This document shows, in pieces, positions 35,236 to 44,376 of a stretch of DNA of 54,308 nt. The stretch spans positions 1 through 54,308 of the IMG/VR virus record IMGVR_UViG_3300037991_005364. One strand, 5' to 3'. The stretch is from a virus. Taxonomy: Duplodnaviria; Caudoviricetes. The notes beneath the pieces were generated by a model. That model was not told the origin of the DNA. It ran no database searches and saw nothing but the letters and a program-made list of their open reading frames with translations. Each line of letters starts with the position of its first letter. The first letter of the stretch is position 1. A program made the translations under genes and the position numbers.

Positions 35236-36080
35236 TGTTAGGAACTTATTACTATCACGAAATTGTTAGAAAGACAATTATATCTTTCGGAACATTATTT
35301 AACGATATTCATGTACGTCACCAGGACAAAAGTGGCAATGATATTAGTGACTTAAAAGTTCCTCTCGCATATGGCCCAGTTCAGAAGTTTTTAGCAAGAT
35401 TAGAGCAGCAGGCAGAATTAAATAAAGCAGTTCAAATTAATTTGCCAAGAATGTCATTTGAAATGACATCTATTGCATATGATTCTACTAGAAAATCAAG
35501 TCTGGTACAAACATTTAAAACTTGTGATGATGGGAGTAAGGTAAAAAAAGTTTTCATGCCTGTTCCATATAATATTGGATTTCAACTGAATATTCTTTCT
35601 AAATTGAACGATGACTCTCTTCAAATTTTAGAGCAAATATTACCTGTTTTTCAACCACATTTTAATCTTACTATAGACTTAGTAGAATCAATTGGAGAAA
35701 AAAGAGATATTCCGATTATCTTAGAGTCTGTAAGTTTTCAAGATGATTATGAAGGTTCTTTTGATACCAGAAGAGCATTAATTCATACATTGAATTTTAC
35801 TGCAAAAACATATCTATTTGGTCCTATCGCAGATAGCAGTGACGGTCTTATTCGTAAGGTTCAGGTTGATATGTATGCTGATACTAACAGAGCAACTGCT
35901 AAACGTGAAATGAGATATACAGTCGAACCTATTGCAAAGGTTGATAAGAATAATGACGGTGTTATTGATGCAGCAGATAAACCATTACTCATGCCAGGCG
36001 ATAATTTTGGATTTGATGAAGAATGGGAATTCTTAGGAGATGGTAAAACTTATAGTCCAACTCGTCAAACTGATATTTAA
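35235..36080 (+). CDS. g15: Tail sheath stabilizer / tail terminator gp15
   Basis: YYYHEIVRKTIISFGTLFNDI; VPLAYGP..KFLARL; LPRMSFEM; EQILP.FQP. Confidence 0.95.
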   Translation: MLGTYYYHEIVRKTIISFGTLFNDIHVRHQDKSGNDISDLKVPLAYGPVQKFLARLEQQAELNKAVQINLPRMSFEMTSIAYDSTRKSSLVQTFKTCDDGSKVKKVFMPVPYNIGFQLNILSKLNDDSLQILEQILPVFQPHFNLTIDLVESIGEKRDIPIILESVSFQDDYEGSFDTRRALIHTLNFTAKTYLFGPIADSSDGLIRKVQVDMYADTNRATAKREMRYTVEPIAKVDKNNDGVIDAADKPLLMPGDNFGFDEEWEFLGDGKTYSPTRQTDI

Positions 36081-36085
36081 TAATC

Positions 36086-36517
36086 ATGAAAGATAGTTAT
36101 GAGTCCATTGACAAAGCACTTGATGTTGAAAGTAGCATTGTTGAATCAAAACCAATAAAACCAATTCCACCAAAAGTGGATAAGAATGATATTACAAAAG
36201 ATTATGAATATACTCGTGCAAACTTATACTCTTTAATTGAAAAAGGTCAAGAAGCAATTAATGGAATCATGGAACTTGCAGGTGAAAGTGCAAGTCCAAG
36301 AGCATACGAAGTTGCTGGACAGTTGATTAAGAGTGTTGCTGATACTACAGATAAATTAGCAGATCTTCAAAAGAAATTGAAAGATTTAGAAGAAGATAAT
36401 TCTAATAAAGGACCAAGTAACGTTACAAATAATGCTTTATTTGTTGGTTCAACTTCAGAATTATCAAAACTGCTGAAACAAGGTTTTCTAAATAATAATG
36501 AGTCCGATTCCAAATAA
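36086..36517 (+). CDS. g16: Terminase small subunit gp16
   Basis: DYEYTRANLY.LI..GQEA; SPRAYEVAGQLIK; NNALFVGSTSEL. Confidence 0.92.
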   Translation: MKDSYESIDKALDVESSIVESKPIKPIPPKVDKNDITKDYEYTRANLYSLIEKGQEAINGIMELAGESASPRAYEVAGQLIKSVADTTDKLADLQKKLKDLEEDNSNKGPSNVTNNALFVGSTSELSKLLKQGFLNNNESDSK

Positions 36518-39327
36518 TGGCAAAAAAATCCTGTAAAAAAGGATATTACTACTGTTACTCTTCTAAGAAGTGTAAGAGAATTCCTATGGGATATTATATT
36601 GGCGGAGGCGGATGGCTTCGTAAAGAAGAAGAAAAGTCTGAAGATACTGAAAAGAAAAAAAATGGCAATGGAAATGGTGCAAATGGCAATGGAAATGGGA
36701 ATGGGGAGTCTGATGGGGGCTCTAATGGCGGAGGAGTATCAGAGGCGTGGAGTGCAAAATACAAAAAGTCAATCGATTGCGATAATCCAAAAGGATTCTC
36801 TCAGCGAGCACACTGTCGGGGTAGAAAGAAAGTAAGCGAAGAAGCAGTTTCTAAAAAACAGCAAAAATTCTTTGGTATCGTTCGTGCTATCCAAAAAGGT
36901 GAAATAAAACCTACAACTCCCGAAACTGCAAAAGCAGCGAAGGATATGAAAAAGTCCGATGTAAAGAAATTTGCATCTACTAAACATAAAGGATTGCCAG
37001 AAAAGAAAGAAGTGAAAGAGGAGTCAAATCCTCGTATTTCTAGAAAAGAGGGACAACCCGCTAATTCTAAGAAGCACTCTGATCTTTATACTGATGAAAA
37101 TCCAAAGGGAACTATTCATGGTTTAGGATTTAAAGATGTAGCAACTGCAAAAGCAAGCGTTGCAAAAATCAAAAAATCAAGTCGTTCTCATGCTCATAAA
37201 ATTCAAGCAGCAATTGCTATGGAACAAAGAGCAAGAGTTATGGGCAAAACCTCTGAAGCAGCAGTATTCAGAAAGTTCATTAATTCAATGAAGAAGAAAA
37301 CTAAGCAAATGAACGAAGCAAAAGGTGGTGATCATGAGGTCGCTATGGCACAAAGTCAACTTAAAAAATCTGCTAGAAATATTGCAAAGTTGAGAAAAGC
37401 ATTAGGCAAAAAGGAAAAAGATATTCCTGCCTGGATGCAAGCAAAGATTACTGATACTGCACACGACACTGATGCTGCTGCTGGTTATGTTGATAAGATG
37501 GATGAAGAAGTCATTGCTGAAAAGCGTGATGGTAAGTCTTCAAAAGACAAAGGGTATTCTCTCCGCGACTGGTTCAGGGGTGGTGGTTGGAAACAGACTG
37601 GTGGTAAGTACGACGGAAAACCTTGTGCAAAACAACCTGGACAGAAGACTAAACCCTACTGTCGTGACGCTGATGATCGTGCAGCAATGAGTAAAGAGGA
37701 GAGAAATAAGAGAGCACGCAAAAAACGCAAAGAAGATCCAAATCCAAATAGAAAAGGGAGAGCAAAAAACGTGACTCAAGAATCTTATTCAGACTGGAGA
37801 CAAGACCTTGATGAGGGTAAGAAAGATGCTTGTTATCATAAGGTCAAGTCTCGTTATTCTGTGTGGCCTTCTGCTTATGCTTCAGGTGCTCTCGTAAAAT
37901 GTCGTAAGGTTGGTGCTGCTAACTGGGGCAATAAGACTAAGAAAGAAAGTTTCTCTAACTGGAGAGAAGATATGCTTCTTGAAGGTCTTGAGGATAAACT
38001 CAAAGGAATGACTGCATCGCAGATAGAGGACCTTATTAAGGCAAATAAGGGTGCAGAAGATAAGATTAGAGAAACTCTCGCAAAAATGAAGAGTGCTACT
38101 CCAAAACCTCAAGGAAAAGGTGCACAACTTCCTAATATACCAAAAACTACCGAAACTTATAAAAGAGGTGGTGGTGAAGGTCGCACAACCTATCAAAGAG
38201 GTGGTAGTGATCGTGTAAGTTATCAAAGAAGACAAACTGTTACTAGAGCAGATGTTCAGGGAGGGACAGAGGCAGCGAAACGCGCCGCTTCGGGTCAAGG
38301 TAGATATAGACCAGGAACTGGAGTTACTCCAGATTTCAAATTAGACCCTAAATTCAAACCACCAGGTTCTCGTGGTATGAGTGGTAGAGTTCGTGGTCGT
38401 GGAAAATTGGGTCTTGCAATAGGTGCAGCAACTTTAGCAGCACCCTTTGTTGTTGGTGCAATTAAAAAAGCATTCAATAAAGAAGATTATAACTATTCAA
38501 ATTGGAGAGATGATTTCCACGCAACTGAAATAGAATCTGTTGATATCATCAAACCAAAATCACTTCAACCCACTCAAGGTCTTGGAAGTGATATGCTTGG
38601 TGAAAAAAAAGATATACCAGCAGATGTAAAGGGTATCGCTAAGGAATTAGATAAAGCAGTTGAAATGCATAAGAGTCAAGCAAAGAGACTTAGAAAAGCA
38701 GGTATTTCTGAGGAAAATATCAATGAGAAGTGTTGGAAAGGTTATGAAAAGAAAGGTATGAAAACAATGTTTGGTAAAAGATATCCAAACTGTGTTAAAA
38801 AGAAAAAAACCAGAAAGGAAGAAGTAGAACTTGATGAAAAGAAGGATCCTTGTTGGGATACTCACGAAATGAAGGGGATGAAGAAGAAAGGCAACCGTAT
38901 GGTTCCTAATTGTGTTCCCAAAGAGCAAGTTTCTGATTGGAGAGCAGATGTGAGTCTCCAAGAGAAGAAAGCAAAAAAAGATTATGATGGTGATGGTAAA
39001 ATTGAAACTGGTGAAGAAGAGTATAAAGGTTCTAGAGATAAGGCGATTAAAAAAGCAATTGCAATGAAAGAGGACTGGCAGAAGTCAAACCGCAAAGACG
39101 GTGTTGATGGTATGAGTCAAAAATCTGTTGATGCTTACAAGCGCGAAAATCCAGGTTCCAAACTCAAAACTGCGGTAACTGGTAAAGTCAAGAAAGGAAG
39201 CAAAGATGCAAAGAGACGTAAGTCTTTCTGCTCCCGATCTAAGGGTCAAAAAGATATGCATAATATCGATTGTACCAAAACCCCAGATAAAAAAATCTGT
39301 AAAGCACGTAAACGTTGGAGATGTTGA
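36517..39327 (+). CDS. 936-aa Lys-rich modular protein; putative prohead-protease-processed internal head polyprotein
   Basis: Basic modules separated by [VILM]xE sites and S-[DN]-W-R-x-D linkers; late-promoter-like TCTAAATA at 36487-36494. Confidence 0.7.
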   Translation: MAKKSCKKGYYYCYSSKKCKRIPMGYYIGGGGWLRKEEEKSEDTEKKKNGNGNGANGNGNGNGESDGGSNGGGVSEAWSAKYKKSIDCDNPKGFSQRAHCRGRKKVSEEAVSKKQQKFFGIVRAIQKGEIKPTTPETAKAAKDMKKSDVKKFASTKHKGLPEKKEVKEESNPRISRKEGQPANSKKHSDLYTDENPKGTIHGLGFKDVATAKASVAKIKKSSRSHAHKIQAAIAMEQRARVMGKTSEAAVFRKFINSMKKKTKQMNEAKGGDHEVAMAQSQLKKSARNIAKLRKALGKKEKDIPAWMQAKITDTAHDTDAAAGYVDKMDEEVIAEKRDGKSSKDKGYSLRDWFRGGGWKQTGGKYDGKPCAKQPGQKTKPYCRDADDRAAMSKEERNKRARKKRKEDPNPNRKGRAKNVTQESYSDWRQDLDEGKKDACYHKVKSRYSVWPSAYASGALVKCRKVGAANWGNKTKKESFSNWREDMLLEGLEDKLKGMTASQIEDLIKANKGAEDKIRETLAKMKSATPKPQGKGAQLPNIPKTTETYKRGGGEGRTTYQRGGSDRVSYQRRQTVTRADVQGGTEAAKRAASGQGRYRPGTGVTPDFKLDPKFKPPGSRGMSGRVRGRGKLGLAIGAATLAAPFVVGAIKKAFNKEDYNYSNWRDDFHATEIESVDIIKPKSLQPTQGLGSDMLGEKKDIPADVKGIAKELDKAVEMHKSQAKRLRKAGISEENINEKCWKGYEKKGMKTMFGKRYPNCVKKKKTRKEEVELDEKKDPCWDTHEMKGMKKKGNRMVPNCVPKEQVSDWRADVSLQEKKAKKDYDGDGKIETGEEEYKGSRDKAIKKAIAMKEDWQKSNRKDGVDGMSQKSVDAYKRENPGSKLKTAVTGKVKKGSKDAKRRKSFCSRSKGQKDMHNIDCTKTPDKKICKARKRWRC

Positions 39328-39341
39328 ATTAGGTTTTTATT

Positions 39342-40988
39342 ATGAGTGAACAGTATCTTGGTAATCCCAATCTAAAAAAAGCAAATACGGAGATTGAATT
39401 TACAGAGGAACAAATTATTGAGTTTCTCAAGTGTAAAGAAGACCCCGTTTATTTTGCAAACAATTATATTAAAATTGTTTCTCTTGATGAGGGATTAACA
39501 CAATTCCATCCATATCATTTTCAGGAAAAATTAATTAACAATTTCCATGCGAATAGATTCAATATTTGCAAAATGCCAAGACAGACTGGTAAATCCACTA
39601 CTGTGGTATCTTACCTTCTACATTACGCTGTTTTTAACGATAGCGTTAATATTGGCATCTTAGCAAACAAGGCAGCAACTGCAAGAGAACTTCTTAGTAG
39701 ATTACAGACTGCATACGAAAACTTGCCTAAATGGATGCAACAGGGTATTATATCCTGGAACAAAGGATCTATGGAGTTAGAAAATGGCAGTAAGATACTG
39801 GCAGCTTCTACGTCTGCGAGTGCTGTCCGAGGTATGTCTTTCAACATCCTCTTTCTCGACGAGTTCGCGTTCGTCCCAAATCACGTTGCTGACTCGTTCT
39901 TTGCATCTGTTTATCCTACTATTACTTCTGGTAAAAACACCAAAGTAATCATTGTATCCACGCCACACGGTATGAATCATTTCTACCGTATGTGGCACGA
40001 CTCCGAGAAAGGTAAAAATGAATACATTCCAACTGATGTTCATTGGTCCGAGGTTCCTGGAAGAGATGATGTATGGAAAGAACAGACGATTGCTAACACA
40101 TCTGAACAGCAATTCAAAGTTGAGTTCGAGTGTGAGTTTCTTGGTTCTGTCAATACCCTTATAAATCCATCAATTCTTAAGAATTTAATCTATGAAGATC
40201 CTATTCAAAAAAGTGCAGGTCTAGATGTCTACGAGAAGAAGCAAGAGGAACACAACTACCTTATTACTGTCGATGTTGCTCGTGGGTTGGGCAACGATTA
40301 TTCTGCATTTATCGTTGTTGATATTACAGAGTTCCCATATAAGATAGTTGCAAAATATAGGAACAATGAAATTAAACCAATGTTGTTCCCAAATATTATT
40401 CAACAGACAGCAAAAGCATATAATGATGCTTGGGTGCTAGTAGAAGTCAATGACATTGGAGAGCAAGTAGCAAGTATTCTCCATTATGACTTAGAATATG
40501 AAAATATGTTGATGGCGGCAATGAGGGGGCGTGCTGGACAAGTTGTCGGGCACGGTTTCTCTGGTAAGAAATCGCAGATGGGAGTTAGAACAACAGCACA
40601 AGTTAAGAAACTTGGTTGTTCTAACCTGAAGACACTTATTGAAGATTTTAAACTTCTTACACTTGATTATGAAATAATTTCTGAGTTAACCACATTCGCT
40701 CAGAGACATAATTCTTTTGAAGCAGAGGAAGGATGCAATGATGACTTAGCAATGTGTCTGGTTATCTTTGCTTGGTTGGTAGCACAAGACTACTTCAAAG
40801 AAATGACTGACAATGATGTTCGTAAAAGAATCTATGAAGAACAAAAAAATCAAATTGAACAAGATATGGCACCATTTGGATTCTTAGATGATGGAATAAA
40901 TGATACACAATCATTTACTGATGATAATGGTGATAGATGGCATACTGATGAATATGGTGATAGGGCATATATGTGGGAGTATTATTAA
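39342..40988 (+). CDS. g17: Terminase large subunit gp17
   Basis: YLGNPNLK; Walker A PRQTGKST; Walker B ILFLDEFAF; nuclease motifs DVARG and DDLAM. Confidence 0.98.
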   Translation: MSEQYLGNPNLKKANTEIEFTEEQIIEFLKCKEDPVYFANNYIKIVSLDEGLTQFHPYHFQEKLINNFHANRFNICKMPRQTGKSTTVVSYLLHYAVFNDSVNIGILANKAATARELLSRLQTAYENLPKWMQQGIISWNKGSMELENGSKILAASTSASAVRGMSFNILFLDEFAFVPNHVADSFFASVYPTITSGKNTKVIIVSTPHGMNHFYRMWHDSEKGKNEYIPTDVHWSEVPGRDDVWKEQTIANTSEQQFKVEFECEFLGSVNTLINPSILKNLIYEDPIQKSAGLDVYEKKQEEHNYLITVDVARGLGNDYSAFIVVDITEFPYKIVAKYRNNEIKPMLFPNIIQQTAKAYNDAWVLVEVNDIGEQVASILHYDLEYENMLMAAMRGRAGQVVGHGFSGKKSQMGVRTTAQVKKLGCSNLKTLIEDFKLLTLDYEIISELTTFAQRHNSFEAEEGCNDDLAMCLVIFAWLVAQDYFKEMTDNDVRKRIYEEQKNQIEQDMAPFGFLDDGINDTQSFTDDNGDRWHTDEYGDRAYMWEYY

Positions 40989-41200
40989 TGGACTTAGATG
41001 ACCAATTACAACTAGGTCATCTACTCCTGTATGAACGGGAGTGTAAAAAATGTGGTATAACTAAAAACTTGGTTGATGGATTTTATAGAACAAGAAAGGA
41101 CAGAGGTCCAGTAGCATCTTCATATTCTTATGAATGTAAAGAGTGTGCTAAAAAGAGAGTTAAAAAAAGTAGTAATATGTGGGAATATCCTGATTGGTAA
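40988..41200 (+). CDS. Small zinc-ribbon protein (70 aa; start at 40988)
   Basis: RECKKCG..K....FY...SYECKEC; resembles the N-terminal Zn module of endoVII/HNH-type proteins. Confidence 0.75.
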   Translation: MDLDDQLQLGHLLLYERECKKCGITKNLVDGFYRTRKDRGPVASSYSYECKECAKKRVKKSSNMWEYPDW

Positions 41201-41281
41201 GTATCACGTCAGGATTCCCCATTCAAAATACCCCTTTTAATAAATAATTTCAGATAATTCTGGACCAAGGAGACCAAAAAG

Positions 41282-43729
41282 ATGCCTCTAAATTTAGCAT
41301 CTCCTGGAATTGTAGTAAGAGAAGTTGACTTAACTATTGGAAGAGTCGATCCAGTCTCTGGTGGCATCGGGGCGCTTGTTGCTCCATTCACCAAAGGACC
41401 TGTTGACCTTCCTCAATTGATCGAATCTGAGGATGATCTCTTAAACACTTTCGGCAGACCTTACTCAACCGACAAGCACTATGAGCACTGGATGGTAGCT
41501 TCATCCTACCTTGCTTATGGTGGTGTGATGCTTATTTCAAGAGCAGACGATTATAATGTATCAACAGGAGCAGGACTTAAGAACGCTTTTGTTGGTGCTG
41601 CTAATAGCGTAAGAATCAAGAGCACAGAGCATTACGAACAACTCGGTTACGATGAGAATGCAATTAATAACATAACTGTTGCTGCAAGAAATCCTGGTTC
41701 TTGGGCAAATGATATTAAGGTAGCAATTATTGATAGTAAGGCAGACCAAATTCTGTCTGGTATTAGCACCACAACACAGGCAACTTTTAGTACTTCACAA
41801 TCTGCAGGCGGCACGATTGGTGCAACCTCAACTGATATCACAGGTATTAATACTACTGGTATTAACGTCAATGATGCGGTTAAAGCAATTGATGGTGTTG
41901 TCGCTGCTGCATCTTCTGTTGCTTCTATTGGTATTGGAACAGTCACCTTAAATAATACTTCACTCAATACAGTATCAAGTACTCAAACGTTTGAATTTGG
42001 TTCTAGAGGATCTTCTGGAATTGGACTTTCTGTTGGACATGGTGTTAAAGTTGATGTTCCTGTAAACACAGTTATTGCTGGTTCTGGTTCTACCTCAGTT
42101 CTGACAGGCACTCTCCGAGGCATTATTAGTGAAATTGGAGAAAGTCAAATCAGCGTTAAGTTGATTGGTCATGTCTCCACAGGAAATACATTCACTGCTG
42201 TAGATTATCAGCAAAATGGTGTTTATGCATTCCCAGAGAGTGGAACTGTAACTGTTACTAATAACAACAACAATACAGAACTTGGTAGTGCTTCATACAC
42301 TAGAGAGCAAGACTGGTTTGAAAATCAAGCAATTCCTCTTTCTGTAGGTCAACTTGAATGGGATCAATTAGCAGATAGACCAGGTACTTCAGATTATGCT
42401 GCTGCAAGAGGTGGTAGATTTGACGAAGTTCACGTCGTTGTCATTGATGACAAAGGAACAATTAGTGGAAATGCAGGCACTATCCTTGAGAAGCACTTAA
42501 GTCTTTCTAAAGCAAAAGACGCAACATATTCTGTTGGTTCCCCATCTTATTGGAGAAAGTATCTTTATACCAACTCTCAGTATATCTTCGGTGGTTCTGC
42601 ACCTGCTGGTATAACAACCATTGCATTTGGAAATTCTCCACTGACTTATGAGTTGGATGATGATACTGCTTGGGATCAGGACGCAAAGAATGTAAACTTT
42701 GCTGGTTGCGGTGCATTCACTGGAACACTTGACGGTGGTACAAACTATGCTGCTACTACTGGTGACGATACCACAGATTACACAACTGCTGGTTCACTGT
42801 CATCTGGTCTTGACGATATTGTTTCTGGTCTGACCAAGTTTGAGAATACTGAAGAGTATGAAGTAGACTTCATTCTCATGGGTTCTGCAAACTACAGTAA
42901 GGAACAAGCACAAGCACTTGGTAATAAGTGTATTGCAGTTGCTGAAGCAAGAAAAGATGCTGTTGCATTCATCTCTCCATATAGAGGTGCATTCATTAGC
43001 GATAATGAAGTTGGAACTGTAACAGTTAATGGCATTGATACAATCACCGATAATGTATTAAGTTTCTTCTCTGCTGCAACTTCAACTACATATGGAGTCT
43101 TTGATAGTGGTTATAAGTACATGTATGACCGCTTCAATGACACCTTCCGTTATGTTCCTCTGAACGGAGATATCGCTGGTACTTGTGCCAGAACTGATAT
43201 TGAACAGTTCCCCTGGTTCTCACCTGCTGGAACTTCTAGAGGTGCTATTCTGAATGCAGTCAAACTTGCATACAATCCTGGTAAGAAGCAAAGAGACCTT
43301 CTGTACTCTAGTAGAGTCAATCCAGTTATCCTTTCACCTGGAGCAGGCATTATTCTCTTCGGTGACAAGACTGGATTTGGTAAGTCTTCTGCGTTTGATA
43401 GAATTAACGTTCGTCGTTTGTTTATCTTCCTTGAAGACGCAATCTCCGCTGCTGCTAAGGACTTCCTCTTTGAGTTCAACGACGAAATTACTAGAACTAA
43501 CTTCGTCAATATCGTAGAACCATTCCTTCGCGATGTACAATCTAAGAGAGGCATTCAGGACTTTGTAGTTGTTTGTGATGAGACAAACAATACAGCAGCA
43601 GTTATTGATGCCAATGAATTTGTTGCTGACATCTTCATCAAACCCGCACGTTCTATCAACTTCATCGGTCTTACCTTTGTTGCTACAAGAACTGGAGTCG
43701 CGTTTGAAGAAGTTATTGGTTCAGTTTAA
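41282..43729 (+). CDS. g18: Tail sheath protein gp18
   Basis: SPGIVVREVDLT; PWFSPAG..RG; FDRINVRRLF; FIKPARSINFI; AATAAATA upstream at 41239. Confidence 0.98.
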   Translation: MPLNLASPGIVVREVDLTIGRVDPVSGGIGALVAPFTKGPVDLPQLIESEDDLLNTFGRPYSTDKHYEHWMVASSYLAYGGVMLISRADDYNVSTGAGLKNAFVGAANSVRIKSTEHYEQLGYDENAINNITVAARNPGSWANDIKVAIIDSKADQILSGISTTTQATFSTSQSAGGTIGATSTDITGINTTGINVNDAVKAIDGVVAAASSVASIGIGTVTLNNTSLNTVSSTQTFEFGSRGSSGIGLSVGHGVKVDVPVNTVIAGSGSTSVLTGTLRGIISEIGESQISVKLIGHVSTGNTFTAVDYQQNGVYAFPESGTVTVTNNNNNTELGSASYTREQDWFENQAIPLSVGQLEWDQLADRPGTSDYAAARGGRFDEVHVVVIDDKGTISGNAGTILEKHLSLSKAKDATYSVGSPSYWRKYLYTNSQYIFGGSAPAGITTIAFGNSPLTYELDDDTAWDQDAKNVNFAGCGAFTGTLDGGTNYAATTGDDTTDYTTAGSLSSGLDDIVSGLTKFENTEEYEVDFILMGSANYSKEQAQALGNKCIAVAEARKDAVAFISPYRGAFISDNEVGTVTVNGIDTITDNVLSFFSAATSTTYGVFDSGYKYMYDRFNDTFRYVPLNGDIAGTCARTDIEQFPWFSPAGTSRGAILNAVKLAYNPGKKQRDLLYSSRVNPVILSPGAGIILFGDKTGFGKSSAFDRINVRRLFIFLEDAISAAAKDFLFEFNDEITRTNFVNIVEPFLRDVQSKRGIQDFVVVCDETNNTAAVIDANEFVADIFIKPARSINFIGLTFVATRTGVAFEEVIGSV

Positions 43730-43753
43730 TTTTTCTTCTAAAGGTCAAAACTA

Positions 43754-44344
43754 ATGGCAACCAGAAATCAAATCAATCCACCCCCACTAAGGAAGATTAC
43801 TGACTTCAAGAGTAAATTAACGGGTGGTGGCGCTCGCGCCAATCTCTTTGAAGTCGTTCTGAACTTCCCAGATGCCGCACAACCAGATTCTGACACTCTG
43901 GAAAAAACAAGATTCATGGTTAAGGGTGCTAACATGCCAGCATCCAATATCCAGCAAATTGAAGTTCCTTTCAGAGGTCGTGTTCTGAAAATCGCAGGTG
44001 ATAGAACCTTCGATTCCTGGACAGTTACTGTTATTAACGATACTGACTTTGCAATTCGTTCCGCTATGGAGCGTTGGATGAACACCATCAATAGAGTATC
44101 TGATAACACTGGATTAACTGATCCAGCAACCTATCAGGCAGATGCATATGTTATGCAACTTGATCGCGATGGTTCTGTTCTGAGAACATATCGTTTCTAC
44201 GATGTATTCCCAACTCAGGTCTCGCCAATTGAACTTGGTTATGACGCTCAGGGCATTCAAGAATTCACCGTTGAACTTCAAGTTCAGTGGTGGCAAGCTA
44301 CTAAGGGCACTGGTGAAAATGCTGGCGGTGAAGATATTAACTAA
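43754..44344 (+). CDS. g19: Tail tube protein gp19
   Basis: GGARANLFEV; VPFRGRVLKIAGDRTFDSWTVTVINDTDF. Confidence 0.97.
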   Translation: MATRNQINPPPLRKITDFKSKLTGGGARANLFEVVLNFPDAAQPDSDTLEKTRFMVKGANMPASNIQQIEVPFRGRVLKIAGDRTFDSWTVTVINDTDFAIRSAMERWMNTINRVSDNTGLTDPATYQADAYVMQLDRDGSVLRTYRFYDVFPTQVSPIELGYDAQGIQEFTVELQVQWWQATKGTGENAGGEDIN

Positions 44345-44376
44345 ATAGTTAAATAACGAGACCACCAGAAATTATT

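Noticed and set aside
36661-36735. AATGG(C/A) tandem repeats
   Set aside because: They simply encode an Asn-Gly linker in the polyprotein.
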